Source: an uncultured Planctomycetia bacterium | Lineage (GTDB): Bacteria; Planctomycetota; MHYJ01; WSZJ01; CAZYRM01 | Reading direction: 5' to 3' | Length of the DNA stretch: 64,000 bases | NCBI GenBank assembly: GCA_964649705.1 | Contig: CAZYRM010000003.1 | Location: 29,850-93,849, forward strand | Part shown: positions 18,528 to 28,439 of the stretch, piece after piece | Position numbering within the stretch: the stretch's first letter is position 1 | Layout of the letters: the number at the start of each line of letters is the position of its first letter | Made by a program: the position numbers and the translations under genes | Notes under the pieces: model-generated | What the model saw: the letters and a program-made list of their open reading frames with translations, nothing else | Databases searched by the model: none | Told to the model about the DNA's origin: nothing

Positions 18528-20665
18528 TCCTGATCGCCGCGGCCGCGTGGGCCGAGGACGCGTCGGGGACGCTCCTCGCTCGCCTCGGGTCGTCCGACCC
18601 GTCCGAGCGCGTCAGGGCCATGGAGGAGGTCCAGCGGCTCCCGGAGGTGGACCGCCGCGCCCTGGCGGGGAGCATCCGCAGTCAGCCACCCGAGGTCGCG
18701 ATGCGCCTCTGGCGCGCCCTGGGGGCGGAGACGGCGAACGACGCGGACCTCGTCGCTGCGGCCTTGCGCTCGACCGGTCCCGAGGCAAGGGTCACGTGGC
18801 TGAGGGCGGCCAGGGAGCTGGGCGTGGAGCGGTTCCTGGCGCTGACGCCGCCCCTGCCGGCGGACATCCTCGTGGAGCTGCTGTGCCCGGCCGCCTCGGC
18901 GGTCCCGGCGTCGACGGCGCTCGGCCTGAAGGAGGAGTCGCGCCCGGAACGGCCGACCTGGCAGCGCGCGCCGGACGACCTCCAGGCCGCGCTCGACCTG
19001 TCGAGGCACGAATCCCACCTCGTCCGCGCGGCCCTTGCGCAGTGGCTGGCGAACTTCTCGGGCGCGGACGCCCGGCGCGGGATCGAGAGGCTGTGCGAGG
19101 ACCGGTCCGGACTGGTGCGCCTGCTCGCCATTCGCGCGCTGCGTCCGAGGATCGCGGAGAAGAGGGATGAGCGAGCCTTCCTCCTCCCGTTCCTGGCCGA
19201 CCCGTCCCCGGCCGTCCGCGCGGAGGCGCTCCGCAGCCTCGCCCCGGTCGCGAGTCCGGCGACCGACCTCGCGGCGTGGGTCCGTCTCTACGACCCCGAC
19301 ACCGAGGTCCGCAGCGTGGCCACGGGGTACTTCCTCTATCGCAAGCTCCCGTGGTCCGTGCCGTACCTCCTGCGCGTTCTTTCCTCTACCTCGTCGCAGA
19401 CCGCGTCGCAGGTCGAACAGGCACTCCTCGCCGATGAGCGGCCCCGCACGGCCGTGGAGCTGGCGACGAGGCTCGACCTGGTCCCGCGCGCGGGGATGCC
19501 GATCGCGCTGCGCCTGCTCGACGGCCTGGCGCGCTCGGCGGGCCTCCCTGGCCCCTCCTGGTTGCCGGTCGGGGGCGAGACACCCCTGCCTGCGACGCTC
19601 TGGTGGCACGAGGACCGCCAGGTCGGGGCGGTGCGAATCGTCTCGGCGGGCCGGGTTCAGGCGAAGGTTCAGGTCTCGATGGACGGAAGCTCCTGGACGG
19701 ACCTGGGTCTCTACGTCCTGGCCAAGGGCGAGCACGTCATCCCGATCGGCGACGGGTGCCGGGCCGTTCGTGTGGCTCGGGAGCCCAGCCGGGCGTCCCG
19801 GCTCCTGCGGGACGGCGAACCGGGGCCACCCGAGGCGCCGGTGTTCGCCGCGACCATCTCCCTGCTCACGGGGCCCGCCGACCCGGTCGCCGCCTGGAGA
19901 GCGTGGGCGGAGCAGGCGCGTCCGTGGCTCTCGGGACGGGCCGGAGACAGGCTGGCGTCGGCCCTGGATGCCATCGAACTGGGCAATCACGACCAGGCCA
20001 TCACGCACCTGAACGACTGTCTCAGGGAGGTCCCTGGCCACCCGATCGCGCGGCTCCTGACGGCTCAGGTGCTCCTGGAGAGGTCCGCGAGCGAGCCGGC
20101 GGCCAGGCTCCTCGAAAGTCTCGTCGAGGAGTACCCCACGCATGCCTCTTCCCTGGCGGCGCTGGCCCGCGTGCGGGAACTTCGGGAGGACTTCGCCGCG
20201 GCGCGGGAGCTGTTGAACCGGGCGATCGAGGCGGACCCCGCGGAGCCCACGTACCGCTCTCGCCGCGCGGCGCTGGCGACGAAGGCCGGCGACCACGTCA
20301 TCGCGGTGGAGCACCTGGCCGTGGCGGTCGCCCTTCGCCCCGAGGACCACATCCTGCGGTTCGACTACGGCTACGCGTTGTTCTCGGCGGGGGAGTACGC
20401 GGACGGACTGCCGCAGTTCCGCCATGTGATCGAGCGCGACCCGGGGAACCTCGACGCGCGCTACAACGTCGCCTGCGGCCTGGCGCGCCTCGGCCGCGCC
20501 GACGAGGCACTCCACGCCCTGCAGGAGGCCGTCAACGCCGGCTTCCACGACGCCGACTTCGCGCGCAAGGACCCCGACCTCGAGTCGGTCCGGTCCGACC
20601 CCCGCTTCGAGGGGATCCTGAGTGGGGATCCCTCGGCAGGGGACTTCATCAACAACTGGAAGTGA
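18506..20665 (+). CDS. Secreted HEAT-repeat + C-terminal TPR-repeat protein
   Basis: Signal peptide; HEAT motifs (DPSPAVRAEALRSL, DPDTEVRSVA); C-terminal TPR units (AIEADPAEPTYRSRRAALATKAGDHVIAVEHLAVAVALRPED...). Confidence 0.7.
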   Translation: MARLAALILIAAAAWAEDASGTLLARLGSSDPSERVRAMEEVQRLPEVDRRALAGSIRSQPPEVAMRLWRALGAETANDADLVAAALRSTGPEARVTWLRAARELGVERFLALTPPLPADILVELLCPAASAVPASTALGLKEESRPERPTWQRAPDDLQAALDLSRHESHLVRAALAQWLANFSGADARRGIERLCEDRSGLVRLLAIRALRPRIAEKRDERAFLLPFLADPSPAVRAEALRSLAPVASPATDLAAWVRLYDPDTEVRSVATGYFLYRKLPWSVPYLLRVLSSTSSQTASQVEQALLADERPRTAVELATRLDLVPRAGMPIALRLLDGLARSAGLPGPSWLPVGGETPLPATLWWHEDRQVGAVRIVSAGRVQAKVQVSMDGSSWTDLGLYVLAKGEHVIPIGDGCRAVRVAREPSRASRLLRDGEPGPPEAPVFAATISLLTGPADPVAAWRAWAEQARPWLSGRAGDRLASALDAIELGNHDQAITHLNDCLREVPGHPIARLLTAQVLLERSASEPAARLLESLVEEYPTHASSLAALARVRELREDFAAARELLNRAIEADPAEPTYRSRRAALATKAGDHVIAVEHLAVAVALRPEDHILRFDYGYALFSAGEYADGLPQFRHVIERDPGNLDARYNVACGLARLGRADEALHALQEAVNAGFHDADFARKDPDLESVRSDPRFEGILSGDPSAGDFINNWK

Positions 20666-20749
20666 CCTGAAATCAGCGCCGTGCCCTCAGCTCCATCGAT
20701 GCGTGGCGGGGTCTCGTGCATGCCGGGCGCGGCACCGAGGCGCGGCGTC

Positions 20750-21090
20750 GCCGTTACCACAGAGTACGGAGGGCACGGAGATGCCATCGTACCGATGGGC
20801 GGGCTGTGACAACTCGGCGGCCGCGGCGACCGAGGAGGCGCGCCGCGCGGAGCGCGGCGCGGCGGCGGGGACGGACAAGGGCGGGACAGAGGGCGTGGTT
20901 GCTCCTATCACGCCGTGGCCGATGAACCGCCCAGCCCTAGTCGAGGGCCCCGAGCCCGCAACCCTCTGTCCCCGCCCTGTCCGTCCCCTCCGCCCGTCGG
21001 CCTCGGGCCGACGGCCTCCTCGGCGCCGTGGCCGCTGCGTTGTACGAGCACGATGGAACGGCCGACGGCATCTCTGTGGGCTCCGTGGCT
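20750..21090. other. Structured intergenic region with nested long-range inverted repeats (candidate ncRNA or palindromic element)
   Basis: accacagagtacggagggcacggag (20757-20781) pairs with ctccgtggctctgtggt (21064-21080); inner pair gacaagggcgggacagaggg (20872-) with ccctctgtccccgccctgtc (20961-); local hairpin ggcgtg...cacgcc; no long clean ORF. Confidence 0.3.
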
Positions 21091-21168
21091 CTGTGGTGAA
21101 CTCATCGCCTGGACGACGCAGGCGATCGAGTTGCGGGCAACGCCGTCGCTCGCGCCTCGATGGCTCCC

Positions 21169-22356
21169 CTACGGGCGGACGGACCCGCCTGGGCGAGTGG
21201 ACAGCTTCTTCAACCTCTCGCAGGCGGCGCGGAGCGTCTCGAGGCGTTTGCAGAAGGTAAAGCGAATCAGCCCGTGCCCCTCGCGCGGGTCGTTGAAGAA
21301 GCTCGAGCCTGGCACGCCCGCCACGCCGATGTCCTTCACCAGCCAGTGCGCGAAGGCCGTGTCGTCCGGGAATCCGAACCGGCCGATGTCGCAAAGCAGG
21401 TAGTACGCCCCCCCGGGCTTCTTCGAGCAGACCAGCCCCGCCTCGGAGAGCCCCTGGTAGATCGTCTCGCGCCTCTCCAGGTAGTCGCGCGCCACCTTCT
21501 CGTAGTACGAGTCCGGCAGCCCCATCGCGACGGCCGCACCCTCCTGCAGGGGCGCAGGGGATCCCACGGTGAGGAAGTCGTGCACCTTCCGGATCGCGTT
21601 GGTCAGCTTCTCCGCCGCAATCGTGTACCCCACCCTCCACCCGGTCACGCTGTACGTCTTCGACGCTCCGCTGATCCACACCGTCCGGTCCGCCATCCCG
21701 TCGATCGTGTACATCGGGATGTGCTTCAGCCCGTCGTAGACGATGTGCTCGTAGATCTCGTCCGTGACCGCGAGGGCGTCCCACTTCTGGCAGAGATTCG
21801 CGATGAAGACCAGCTCGTCGCGCGTGAACACCTTCCCCGTCGGATTGTTCGGCGTGTTGATGATGATCGCCTTCGTCCGGTCGTTGAAGGCGGCCGCCAG
21901 CTCCTTCTCGTCGAACGACCAGTCCGGCGCCCTGAGCTTCACGAACCGCGGCGTCGCGCCCGACAGGATCGCGTCCGGCCCGTAGTTCTCGTAGAACGGC
22001 TCGAAGACGATCACCTCCTCGCCCGGGTCGACGGTCGCCAGGAGCGTCGAGATCATCGCCTCGGTCGACCCGCACGTGACGCAGATGTTCCGCTCCGGGT
22101 CGGCCGTCACGCCGTAGAAGCGCTTCGTCTTCGCCGCGATCGCCTCGCGGAGCCGCTTCGCGCCCCAGGTGATGGAATACTGGTTCACGTCGCGGTGGAT
22201 CGCGTCGGCTGCGGCCTGCTTGATCTCCTCGGGCGCGGGGAAGTCCGGGAACCCCTGAGCGAGGTTCACGCCGCCGTGGACGTTGTTGAGGCGCGTCATC
22301 TCACGGATGACGCTCTCGGTAAACCGTTGGGCCTTGGCCGAGATGAGCGATTTCAT
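21169..22356 (-). CDS. Class I/II pyridoxal-phosphate-dependent aminotransferase
   Basis: 395 aa from MKSLISAKAQRF; conserved NTPNNPTGKV and SGASKTYSVTGWRVGY (PLP-Lys) motifs. Confidence 0.85.
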   Translation of the reverse strand: MKSLISAKAQRFTESVIREMTRLNNVHGGVNLAQGFPDFPAPEEIKQAAADAIHRDVNQYSITWGAKRLREAIAAKTKRFYGVTADPERNICVTCGSTEAMISTLLATVDPGEEVIVFEPFYENYGPDAILSGATPRFVKLRAPDWSFDEKELAAAFNDRTKAIIINTPNNPTGKVFTRDELVFIANLCQKWDALAVTDEIYEHIVYDGLKHIPMYTIDGMADRTVWISGASKTYSVTGWRVGYTIAAEKLTNAIRKVHDFLTVGSPAPLQEGAAVAMGLPDSYYEKVARDYLERRETIYQGLSEAGLVCSKKPGGAYYLLCDIGRFGFPDDTAFAHWLVKDIGVAGVPGSSFFNDPREGHGLIRFTFCKRLETLRAACERLKKLSTRPGGSVRP

Positions 22357-22419
22357 GGCCGCGAAGCATACAAAAACGTGGACAGGACCCGCAACGTTAC
22401 CGACCCTATGCCACGGGAG

Positions 22420-23394
22420 ATGAGGATGAAGCACATCGCCGTCTTGACGAGCGGCGGGGACGCGCCCGGGATGAACGCCTGCATCCGCGCGATCGTCCGC
22501 TCGGCGGCCGCGAAGGGGATCCGGGCCACCGGCGTCTGCCGCGGCTACGCGGGGCTCATCGCCGGCGACTTCCGCGATCTCGGGCCGCGGTCCGTCTCGA
22601 ACGTCATCCAGGCCGGCGGGAGCCTCCTCAAGAGCAGCCGCTGCCCCGAGATGAAGACCCCCGAGGGGCGCACGCGCGCCGTTGAGCAGCTCCGCCGCGC
22701 CGGAATCGAGGGCCTCATCGTCATCGGCGGCAATGGCAGCTCCGCCGGCGCGCACGTGCTCGCCACCGAGTGCGGCCTCCGCGTCGTCTGCTGCGCGAGC
22801 ACCATCGACAACGACCTCTGGGGGACCGACACCACGATCGGCTTTGATACCGCCGTGAACACGGCCCTCGACGCCATCGACCGCATCCGCGACACCGCCC
22901 ACTCCCACGACCGAGTCTTCCTCGTGGAAGTCATGGGCCGCGACGCGGGGTTCATCGCCCTCGCCAGCGGGATCGGGGGCGGCGCGGAGGTGATCTTCCT
23001 CCCCGAGGTGAAGGGCGAGGCGGAGCGCGCCGCCCGCGTCCTCCAGGAAGGACGCCAGAAGGGGAAGAAGAGCTTCATCTTCGTCGTCTCCGAGGGGGAG
23101 CAGCCCGGCGGCGCAATCGAGCTCGCGAAGTCGATCCAGGCCCTGTCGGGGTTCGACTTCCGCGTCGCCATCCTGGGGCACGTCCAGCGCGGCGGGTCTC
23201 CCTCCGCGCGCGACCGCATCCTGGCCTCCCGCCTCGGCATCGCGGCCGTCGAGGCGCTCCAGGCCGGCGCGTCCGACGTCATGGTCGGCGAGCAGGGAGG
23301 AAAGCTCGTCCACGTCGCTCTCGCCGACGCCATTTCCAAGAAGAAGCCCCTCGACCCCGACCTGGTGCGCATCGTCGATCTGCTCAATGGCTGA
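22420..23394 (+). CDS. pfkA: ATP-dependent 6-phosphofructokinase
   Basis: IAVLTSGGDAPGMNA, GGNGS, MGRDAGFIAL motifs; start could be 22408/22420/22426. Confidence 0.85.
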   Translation: MRMKHIAVLTSGGDAPGMNACIRAIVRSAAAKGIRATGVCRGYAGLIAGDFRDLGPRSVSNVIQAGGSLLKSSRCPEMKTPEGRTRAVEQLRRAGIEGLIVIGGNGSSAGAHVLATECGLRVVCCASTIDNDLWGTDTTIGFDTAVNTALDAIDRIRDTAHSHDRVFLVEVMGRDAGFIALASGIGGGAEVIFLPEVKGEAERAARVLQEGRQKGKKSFIFVVSEGEQPGGAIELAKSIQALSGFDFRVAILGHVQRGGSPSARDRILASRLGIAAVEALQAGASDVMVGEQGGKLVHVALADAISKKKPLDPDLVRIVDLLNG

Positions 23395-24604
23395 TTCCAC
23401 CCGTCTCGACGTCCTGATTTTCGGTGGCGGAGCGGCCGGGCTCTGGACGCTCGACCGCCTCGCGCGCGCGGGCTACTCCGTGGCCCTGCTCGAGTCGAGC
23501 TCGCTCGGCCAGGGGCAGACCGTCCAGTCGCAGGGGATCATCCACGGCGGCGGGAAGTACGCCCTCCACGGCCTCTCCGACCTGACGGCCGTGGCGGCGA
23601 TCAAGGAGATGCCCGACCGCTGGCGAGCCCACCTGCGAGGCGAAGTGGCGCCGGACCTCTCCGCGACGCGGCTCCTGTCCGAGCAGTGCGTCCTGTGGCT
23701 GCCGCGCGAGTCGTTCCTCGCGAGGGTGGCCTCGTTCGGCTTCGTCCCGATGCTCGGGAAGACGGGCCTCCTCGCCACCCCGCCCGTCGCGATTAAGAAG
23801 GACGACTGGCCCCCGTCCCTCCGCGAGTCCGCCATCGACGTCTACGCCATGGCGGAACCCGTCATCGACACGCGGTCCTTCCTGGAGGCGATCGCCGCGC
23901 CGAACCGGGGGCTTGTCCGGAGCTACAACCCCGGCGCCGCGGCGAGCGGCGTCTCGATCCGCTCCGACGGGCTGGTCCGACTCGCCTCCCCCCCGATCGA
24001 GATCCAGGCGCGCGCCGTCGTGCTCGCCGCGGGTAGCGGCAACGGCGTCCTCTTCTCCCGCATGGGGATCGACCCGTGGATGATGCAGGAGAGGCCTCTC
24101 AGGATGTTCCTCCTCAGGGGCGACCTCCCTCCCCTCTTCGGCCACTGCGTGCTCGGCGGCAAGCCGCACATCACGATCACCTCCACGACGGACTCGGCCG
24201 GCCGGGCCGTGTGGAACGTCGGCGGCGAGGTGGCGGAGCAGGCCACGAAGCTGACGGACGACGAGGAGATCCGCGAGGCCGGCGCGAAGGACCTCCGGCG
24301 CTGCCTGCCCGGGTTCGACTTCTCCAGGGTCGAGATGGCCCACTACCCCGCCCAGCGCGCCGAGTCCCGCACGAAGGACCTCAGGCGGCCCAGCGGCGTC
24401 CACGCGAACCGCCTGGCGGACAAGGTGTGGGTCGCCTGGCCGACGAAGCTCGCCCTCGTCCCGGTGCTCGCCGACGAGCTCTTCGGGCAGTTATCGGTGG
24501 AACTGGGCCCGCCCGCCGGCTATCCTATCGAGCCCTTCGGCGGGGCGTGCCCGCCGGTCGCGATTCCCCCCTGGGAGCAGGCCGCATGGTCCCCCGTCCC
24601 CTAG
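23387..24604 (+). CDS. FAD-dependent oxidoreductase
   Basis: N-terminal dinucleotide-binding motif VLIFGGGAAGLWTLDRLARAGYSVALLE. Confidence 0.65.
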   Translation: MADSTRLDVLIFGGGAAGLWTLDRLARAGYSVALLESSSLGQGQTVQSQGIIHGGGKYALHGLSDLTAVAAIKEMPDRWRAHLRGEVAPDLSATRLLSEQCVLWLPRESFLARVASFGFVPMLGKTGLLATPPVAIKKDDWPPSLRESAIDVYAMAEPVIDTRSFLEAIAAPNRGLVRSYNPGAAASGVSIRSDGLVRLASPPIEIQARAVVLAAGSGNGVLFSRMGIDPWMMQERPLRMFLLRGDLPPLFGHCVLGGKPHITITSTTDSAGRAVWNVGGEVAEQATKLTDDEEIREAGAKDLRRCLPGFDFSRVEMAHYPAQRAESRTKDLRRPSGVHANRLADKVWVAWPTKLALVPVLADELFGQLSVELGPPAGYPIEPFGGACPPVAIPPWEQAAWSPVP

Positions 24605-25401
24605 GCTCCACAGGGCTCTTCACGAGCCCGATCGGCCTGGGGACCGTGAAGCTGGGCCGCAATGCGGACGTCAAGTACGCCGAGGCGTTTGCGCTCCCGT
24701 CGGACGAGGAGGTGGAGGCCCTCCTCGAGGAGGCCCTTCGCCTGGGCCTGACGCTCATCGACACGGCTCCTGCGTACGGGGAGAGCGAGCGGCGCCTCGC
24801 CCCGTTCCTCGCACGTCACCGCGACCGCGTCCTTCTCTGCACGAAGGCCGGAGAGACCTGGACGCCGGGCCGCCAGCAAGCTGGCCTCGCCAGCTCGACG
24901 TACGACTTCTCCGCGCGGGCGATCGAGGCGTCCGTCGAGGAGAGCCTCCGTCGGCTCGGAACCGACCGCTTGGACATCCTCCTCCTCCACTCGGACGGCC
25001 GCGACAAGGAGATCCTCCAGGCCACGGACTCCCTGGAGGCGATCGACCGCTTGAAGACGGCCGGCAAGGTGCGGTTCGGGGGGATCTCCGCCAAGACGTC
25101 GGGGGGGATCGGCGCCGCGATCGGGCGCCTCGACGTCGTGATGGCCCCCTTCAGCCAGTCGGACCCCTCGCGCGCCGACGCGCTGATGGCCGCGCGCGAG
25201 GCCGGGATGGGCGTCCTGGTGATCAAGGGGCTCCAGGCGGGAAAGCTGCAGGCCTCCGAGGCGGTCCGCTTCGCGCTGTCGCAACCGTTCGTCGACTGTC
25301 TCGTCGTCGGCACGCTCTCCGCGTCGCACCTTGCGGAGGCGGTCCGCATCGCCGAGTCGCATTCAGGGCTCCCTTCACCAGAAAGCCGGCCCCGCCCGTG
25401 A
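24586..25401 (+). CDS. Aldo/keto reductase
   Basis: GLGTVKLG...LIDTAPAYGESE...LDILLLHS signature of AKR family. Confidence 0.75.
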   Translation: MVPRPLGSTGLFTSPIGLGTVKLGRNADVKYAEAFALPSDEEVEALLEEALRLGLTLIDTAPAYGESERRLAPFLARHRDRVLLCTKAGETWTPGRQQAGLASSTYDFSARAIEASVEESLRRLGTDRLDILLLHSDGRDKEILQATDSLEAIDRLKTAGKVRFGGISAKTSGGIGAAIGRLDVVMAPFSQSDPSRADALMAAREAGMGVLVIKGLQAGKLQASEAVRFALSQPFVDCLVVGTLSASHLAEAVRIAESHSGLPSPESRPRP

Positions 25402-26873
25402 CGGCATCGCTCCCACGAATCCTGCGCTCCATCGGCAGCCCGAGGGTCCTCGTGGTCGGGGACCTGATCCTGGACCAGTACGTGCTGGGTTCGGTCGAGC
25501 GGGTCTCTCCCGAGGCGCCGATCCAGGTCCTCGCGGTGCGGGAGGAGCAGTACCGCCTGGGCGGGGCGGCGAACGTGGCGAACAACCTCGTGCGCCTGGG
25601 CGCGCGGGTCTGCTGCGCGGGCGTGGTGGGGGCCGACGAGGTCGGACGCAGGCTCCTCGGCGAGCTGAAGGGCGCGGGCGTCGACGTCTCGGCCGTCGTG
25701 CGCGACCCCTCCCGCCCGACGCCGCTCAAGACGCGGATGATCGCCCACCACCAGCACATGCTCCGCGTCGATCGCGAGAAGACGCACGCCCTCGTGCACA
25801 CGGTCGAGGACCAGCTCATCCGCCGGGTCCGTCGCGCCGCGCGCAGGGCGGACCTCGTGCTCCTCTCGGACTACGCGAAGGGCACGCTCACGGACCGCGT
25901 CCTCGCGCTCTTCCGGGAGCGGACGCTCCGAGGCGTTCCCGTCATCGTCGACCCGAAGGGGCTGGACTACCGGCGCTACCGCGGCGCGACGGCGATCACG
26001 CCGAACGAGGGGGAGGCGTCCCTCGCCACCGGAATGCAGATCCGTGACGACGAGAGCCTGCGCGCGGCGGCGAAGAGGCTCCTCGACGAGCTCTCGCTGC
26101 GCTTCATCGTGATCACCCGCGGCGAGCGCGGGATGTACCTGCTGGAGTGGAACGGCAAGGAGGTCGTCGTCCCCTCCGAGGCGCGCGAGGTCTTCGACGT
26201 GACGGGCGCCGGCGACACAGTGCTGGCGACGCTCGGCCTCGTGGTGGCCGCGGGGCACCCGCCCGAGCCGGCCGTGCGCCTGGCGAACACGGCGGGGGGC
26301 CTGAAGGTGGAGAAGCTCGGCACGGCGACGCTGACGCGCGACGAGCTGCTCGCGCGCCTCGCGGAGCACCACCGGGCCACGGACCAGCAAGCTGGCTTTG
26401 CCAGGGGGAAGGTCCTCTCGGCGCGCCGCCTCGCGACGGTGATCGAGGGGCACCGGGCCAAGGGGGAGTCGGTGGTCTTCACGAACGGCTGCTTCGACCT
26501 GATCCACGCGGGGCACGTCCGCTCGATCCGCTTCGCGCGGTCGCAGGGAGACGTCGTCGTGGTCGCGATCAACTCGGATGCGGGCGTGCGGCGCCTGAAG
26601 GGAGAAGGACGTCCGATCCTGCCCGCGGCGGAGCGGGCGGAGATGCTCGCGGCGCTCGAGGACGTCGACTACGTCACGGTCTTCAGCGAGCCGACCCCGG
26701 TGAGGCTCCTGCGCCTGCTCAAGCCGGACGTGCTCGTCAAGGGAGGCGCGTACGGCCACGAGGGGGTCGTCGGGCACGAGGTGGTGGAGAAGTACGGCGG
26801 CCGGATCGCGCTGGCGCCCATGGCCCAGGGGCTCTCGACGACGGACCTGATGAAGAGGATCCGAGGGAAATGA
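25398..26873 (+). CDS. hldE: Bifunctional D-beta-D-heptose 7-phosphate kinase / heptose 1-phosphate adenylyltransferase
   Basis: N-terminal PfkB-type kinase domain (DVTGAGDT) and C-terminal cytidylyltransferase domain (TNGCFDLIHAGH). Confidence 0.9.
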   Translation: MTASLPRILRSIGSPRVLVVGDLILDQYVLGSVERVSPEAPIQVLAVREEQYRLGGAANVANNLVRLGARVCCAGVVGADEVGRRLLGELKGAGVDVSAVVRDPSRPTPLKTRMIAHHQHMLRVDREKTHALVHTVEDQLIRRVRRAARRADLVLLSDYAKGTLTDRVLALFRERTLRGVPVIVDPKGLDYRRYRGATAITPNEGEASLATGMQIRDDESLRAAAKRLLDELSLRFIVITRGERGMYLLEWNGKEVVVPSEAREVFDVTGAGDTVLATLGLVVAAGHPPEPAVRLANTAGGLKVEKLGTATLTRDELLARLAEHHRATDQQAGFARGKVLSARRLATVIEGHRAKGESVVFTNGCFDLIHAGHVRSIRFARSQGDVVVVAINSDAGVRRLKGEGRPILPAAERAEMLAALEDVDYVTVFSEPTPVRLLRLLKPDVLVKGGAYGHEGVVGHEVVEKYGGRIALAPMAQGLSTTDLMKRIRGK

Positions 26874-27445
26874 GGACGAACCGCGCGCGCATTGAGGCGG
26901 CGATCGTGCAGTCGATCGCGGTCAAGCACCTGTTCCTCGCCACGCGGGTGGAGGTGCTCTGCCGGATCGCGGACGCGGCCAGCACGGCCCTCCGCCGCGG
27001 TGGGAAGATCGTGCTGTTCGGCAATGGAGGCAGCGCGGCCGACGCGTGCCATATTGCGACGGAGCTGGTCGGTCGGTTCAAGAAGGACCGCCGCGCCATT
27101 CCGGCCCTCGCGCTGGGGACAAACGTGCAGCTCCTGACGGCCATTGCGAACGACCTGGGTTACGAGGAGTCGTTCGCGCGCGAAGTAGACGCGCACGTGA
27201 CGAGGAAGGACCTGGTCATCGCGATCAGCACGAGCGGGAACTCGCCAAACGTCCTGCGCGCGGTCGCGCGCGCGAAGGCGAAGGGAGCGCTGGTCGCGGG
27301 ATTCACGGGGGCGAAGGGCGGAAAGCTGCGCTCGCGCGTCGACCTGCTGCTGGACGTCCCCTCGGACGACACGCCGCGGGTCCAGGAGTGCCACCTGCTT
27401 GCGGGGCACATCCTGTGCGAGGTGATCGAGGCCGAGACCAGCTAG
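26870..27445 (+). CDS. gmhA: Phosphoheptose isomerase (SIS domain)
   Basis: ATG overlapping hldE stop; SIS motifs GNGGSAADA, ISTSGNS; 3' 60-200 bp re-occur as fragments at 35647 and 37446. Confidence 0.85.
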   Translation: MRTNRARIEAAIVQSIAVKHLFLATRVEVLCRIADAASTALRRGGKIVLFGNGGSAADACHIATELVGRFKKDRRAIPALALGTNVQLLTAIANDLGYEESFAREVDAHVTRKDLVIAISTSGNSPNVLRAVARAKAKGALVAGFTGAKGGKLRSRVDLLLDVPSDDTPRVQECHLLAGHILCEVIEAETS

Positions 27446-27498
27446 CCCGATCCCTCGGGGCCATGTCCGATGTCTGAAGATCAGGCAGTAGCGCGATT

Positions 27499-28188
27499 CT
27501 AGGTCTTCGGCGTGGGCTGTCTGGCGCTCTCGGAAGGGCCGCTCCCGGGCGTCAGGCCCTTGAACATCTTCGAAACCCGGGAATCCTGTCGGAACGCAAG
27601 GGTGCCCGCGGCGATGACCCGGCCGACCGCGCGCTCGCTCCGCTCCTGGGCGGCGTTGCGATCCGAGGTCGCCTGCTTGGCCGTGACCTTCTTCCCCTTC
27701 TGCGAGGTGTCGGCCGTGCCGAGGGCGTCCTTCACGGCCTGGACTGCGACCAAGTCTTCCGGCAGCAGCCCTGCATTCCGCGCACTCTCCGGGTCGTCGC
27801 CCGCCGCCTTGAGGATGGTCTGGAGGCCCGCCTCGACGGAGGAGACCTTGAGCTTGCTGACCTTCACGCCAACGCCGAAGGCCTTGTGGAGCGCCTTGTC
27901 GTTGGGTTGGCCGTCCCGGACGGCGCTGCGGAGGGCGGAGACGAGGTCGGCGCCTGCGCTGGCGGCGTTGCCCTGGGCGACGGTGGAGGAGCTCCGGTCG
28001 GAGCGGACGGCCTTGGCACCGGCGTGTTCACCGCGCAATGCGGCCAAGTCAACCCGGAGGCCATCGAGGAGCCCGGCGGGGAGCCTCGGCTCGATCGCGG
28101 TTCGGTGCTTGTCCCCGAGCGTGTAGGCGGCCTCGCAGACGCGGATCGCCACGTCGACCTGCCACTTGGGCTGCTTCGCCTTGGCCAT
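27499..28188 (-). CDS. Hypothetical protein (first gene of lower-GC inserted segment)
   Basis: 229-aa ORF, Ala/Lys-rich, no recognisable domain. Confidence 0.45.
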   Translation of the reverse strand: MAKAKQPKWQVDVAIRVCEAAYTLGDKHRTAIEPRLPAGLLDGLRVDLAALRGEHAGAKAVRSDRSSSTVAQGNAASAGADLVSALRSAVRDGQPNDKALHKAFGVGVKVSKLKVSSVEAGLQTILKAAGDDPESARNAGLLPEDLVAVQAVKDALGTADTSQKGKKVTAKQATSDRNAAQERSERAVGRVIAAGTLAFRQDSRVSKMFKGLTPGSGPSESARQPTPKT

Positions 28189-28439
28189 GTCATCTCCTGC
28201 TCAAGAGGGGCGGAAGGCCACCATTCGGACACCCCAGATGGAAGGGTTTTGGGGATCGCGTGCAAGCCGTCGGATGGGGGAGGCTGATTCGCCTGTCGCC
28301 CCGACAGGTGGTCACGGAGAGTCCGTGCCCTCCCCCTGGACCACCGGCGCCGGTGGCCTTCGCGCTTCGCGGGGAGTCTGGGCGTTGTGATCGACCCCGA
28401 TGGTCGTTAGAATCGGCGATTACGCGGTGCGGCGGAGAG

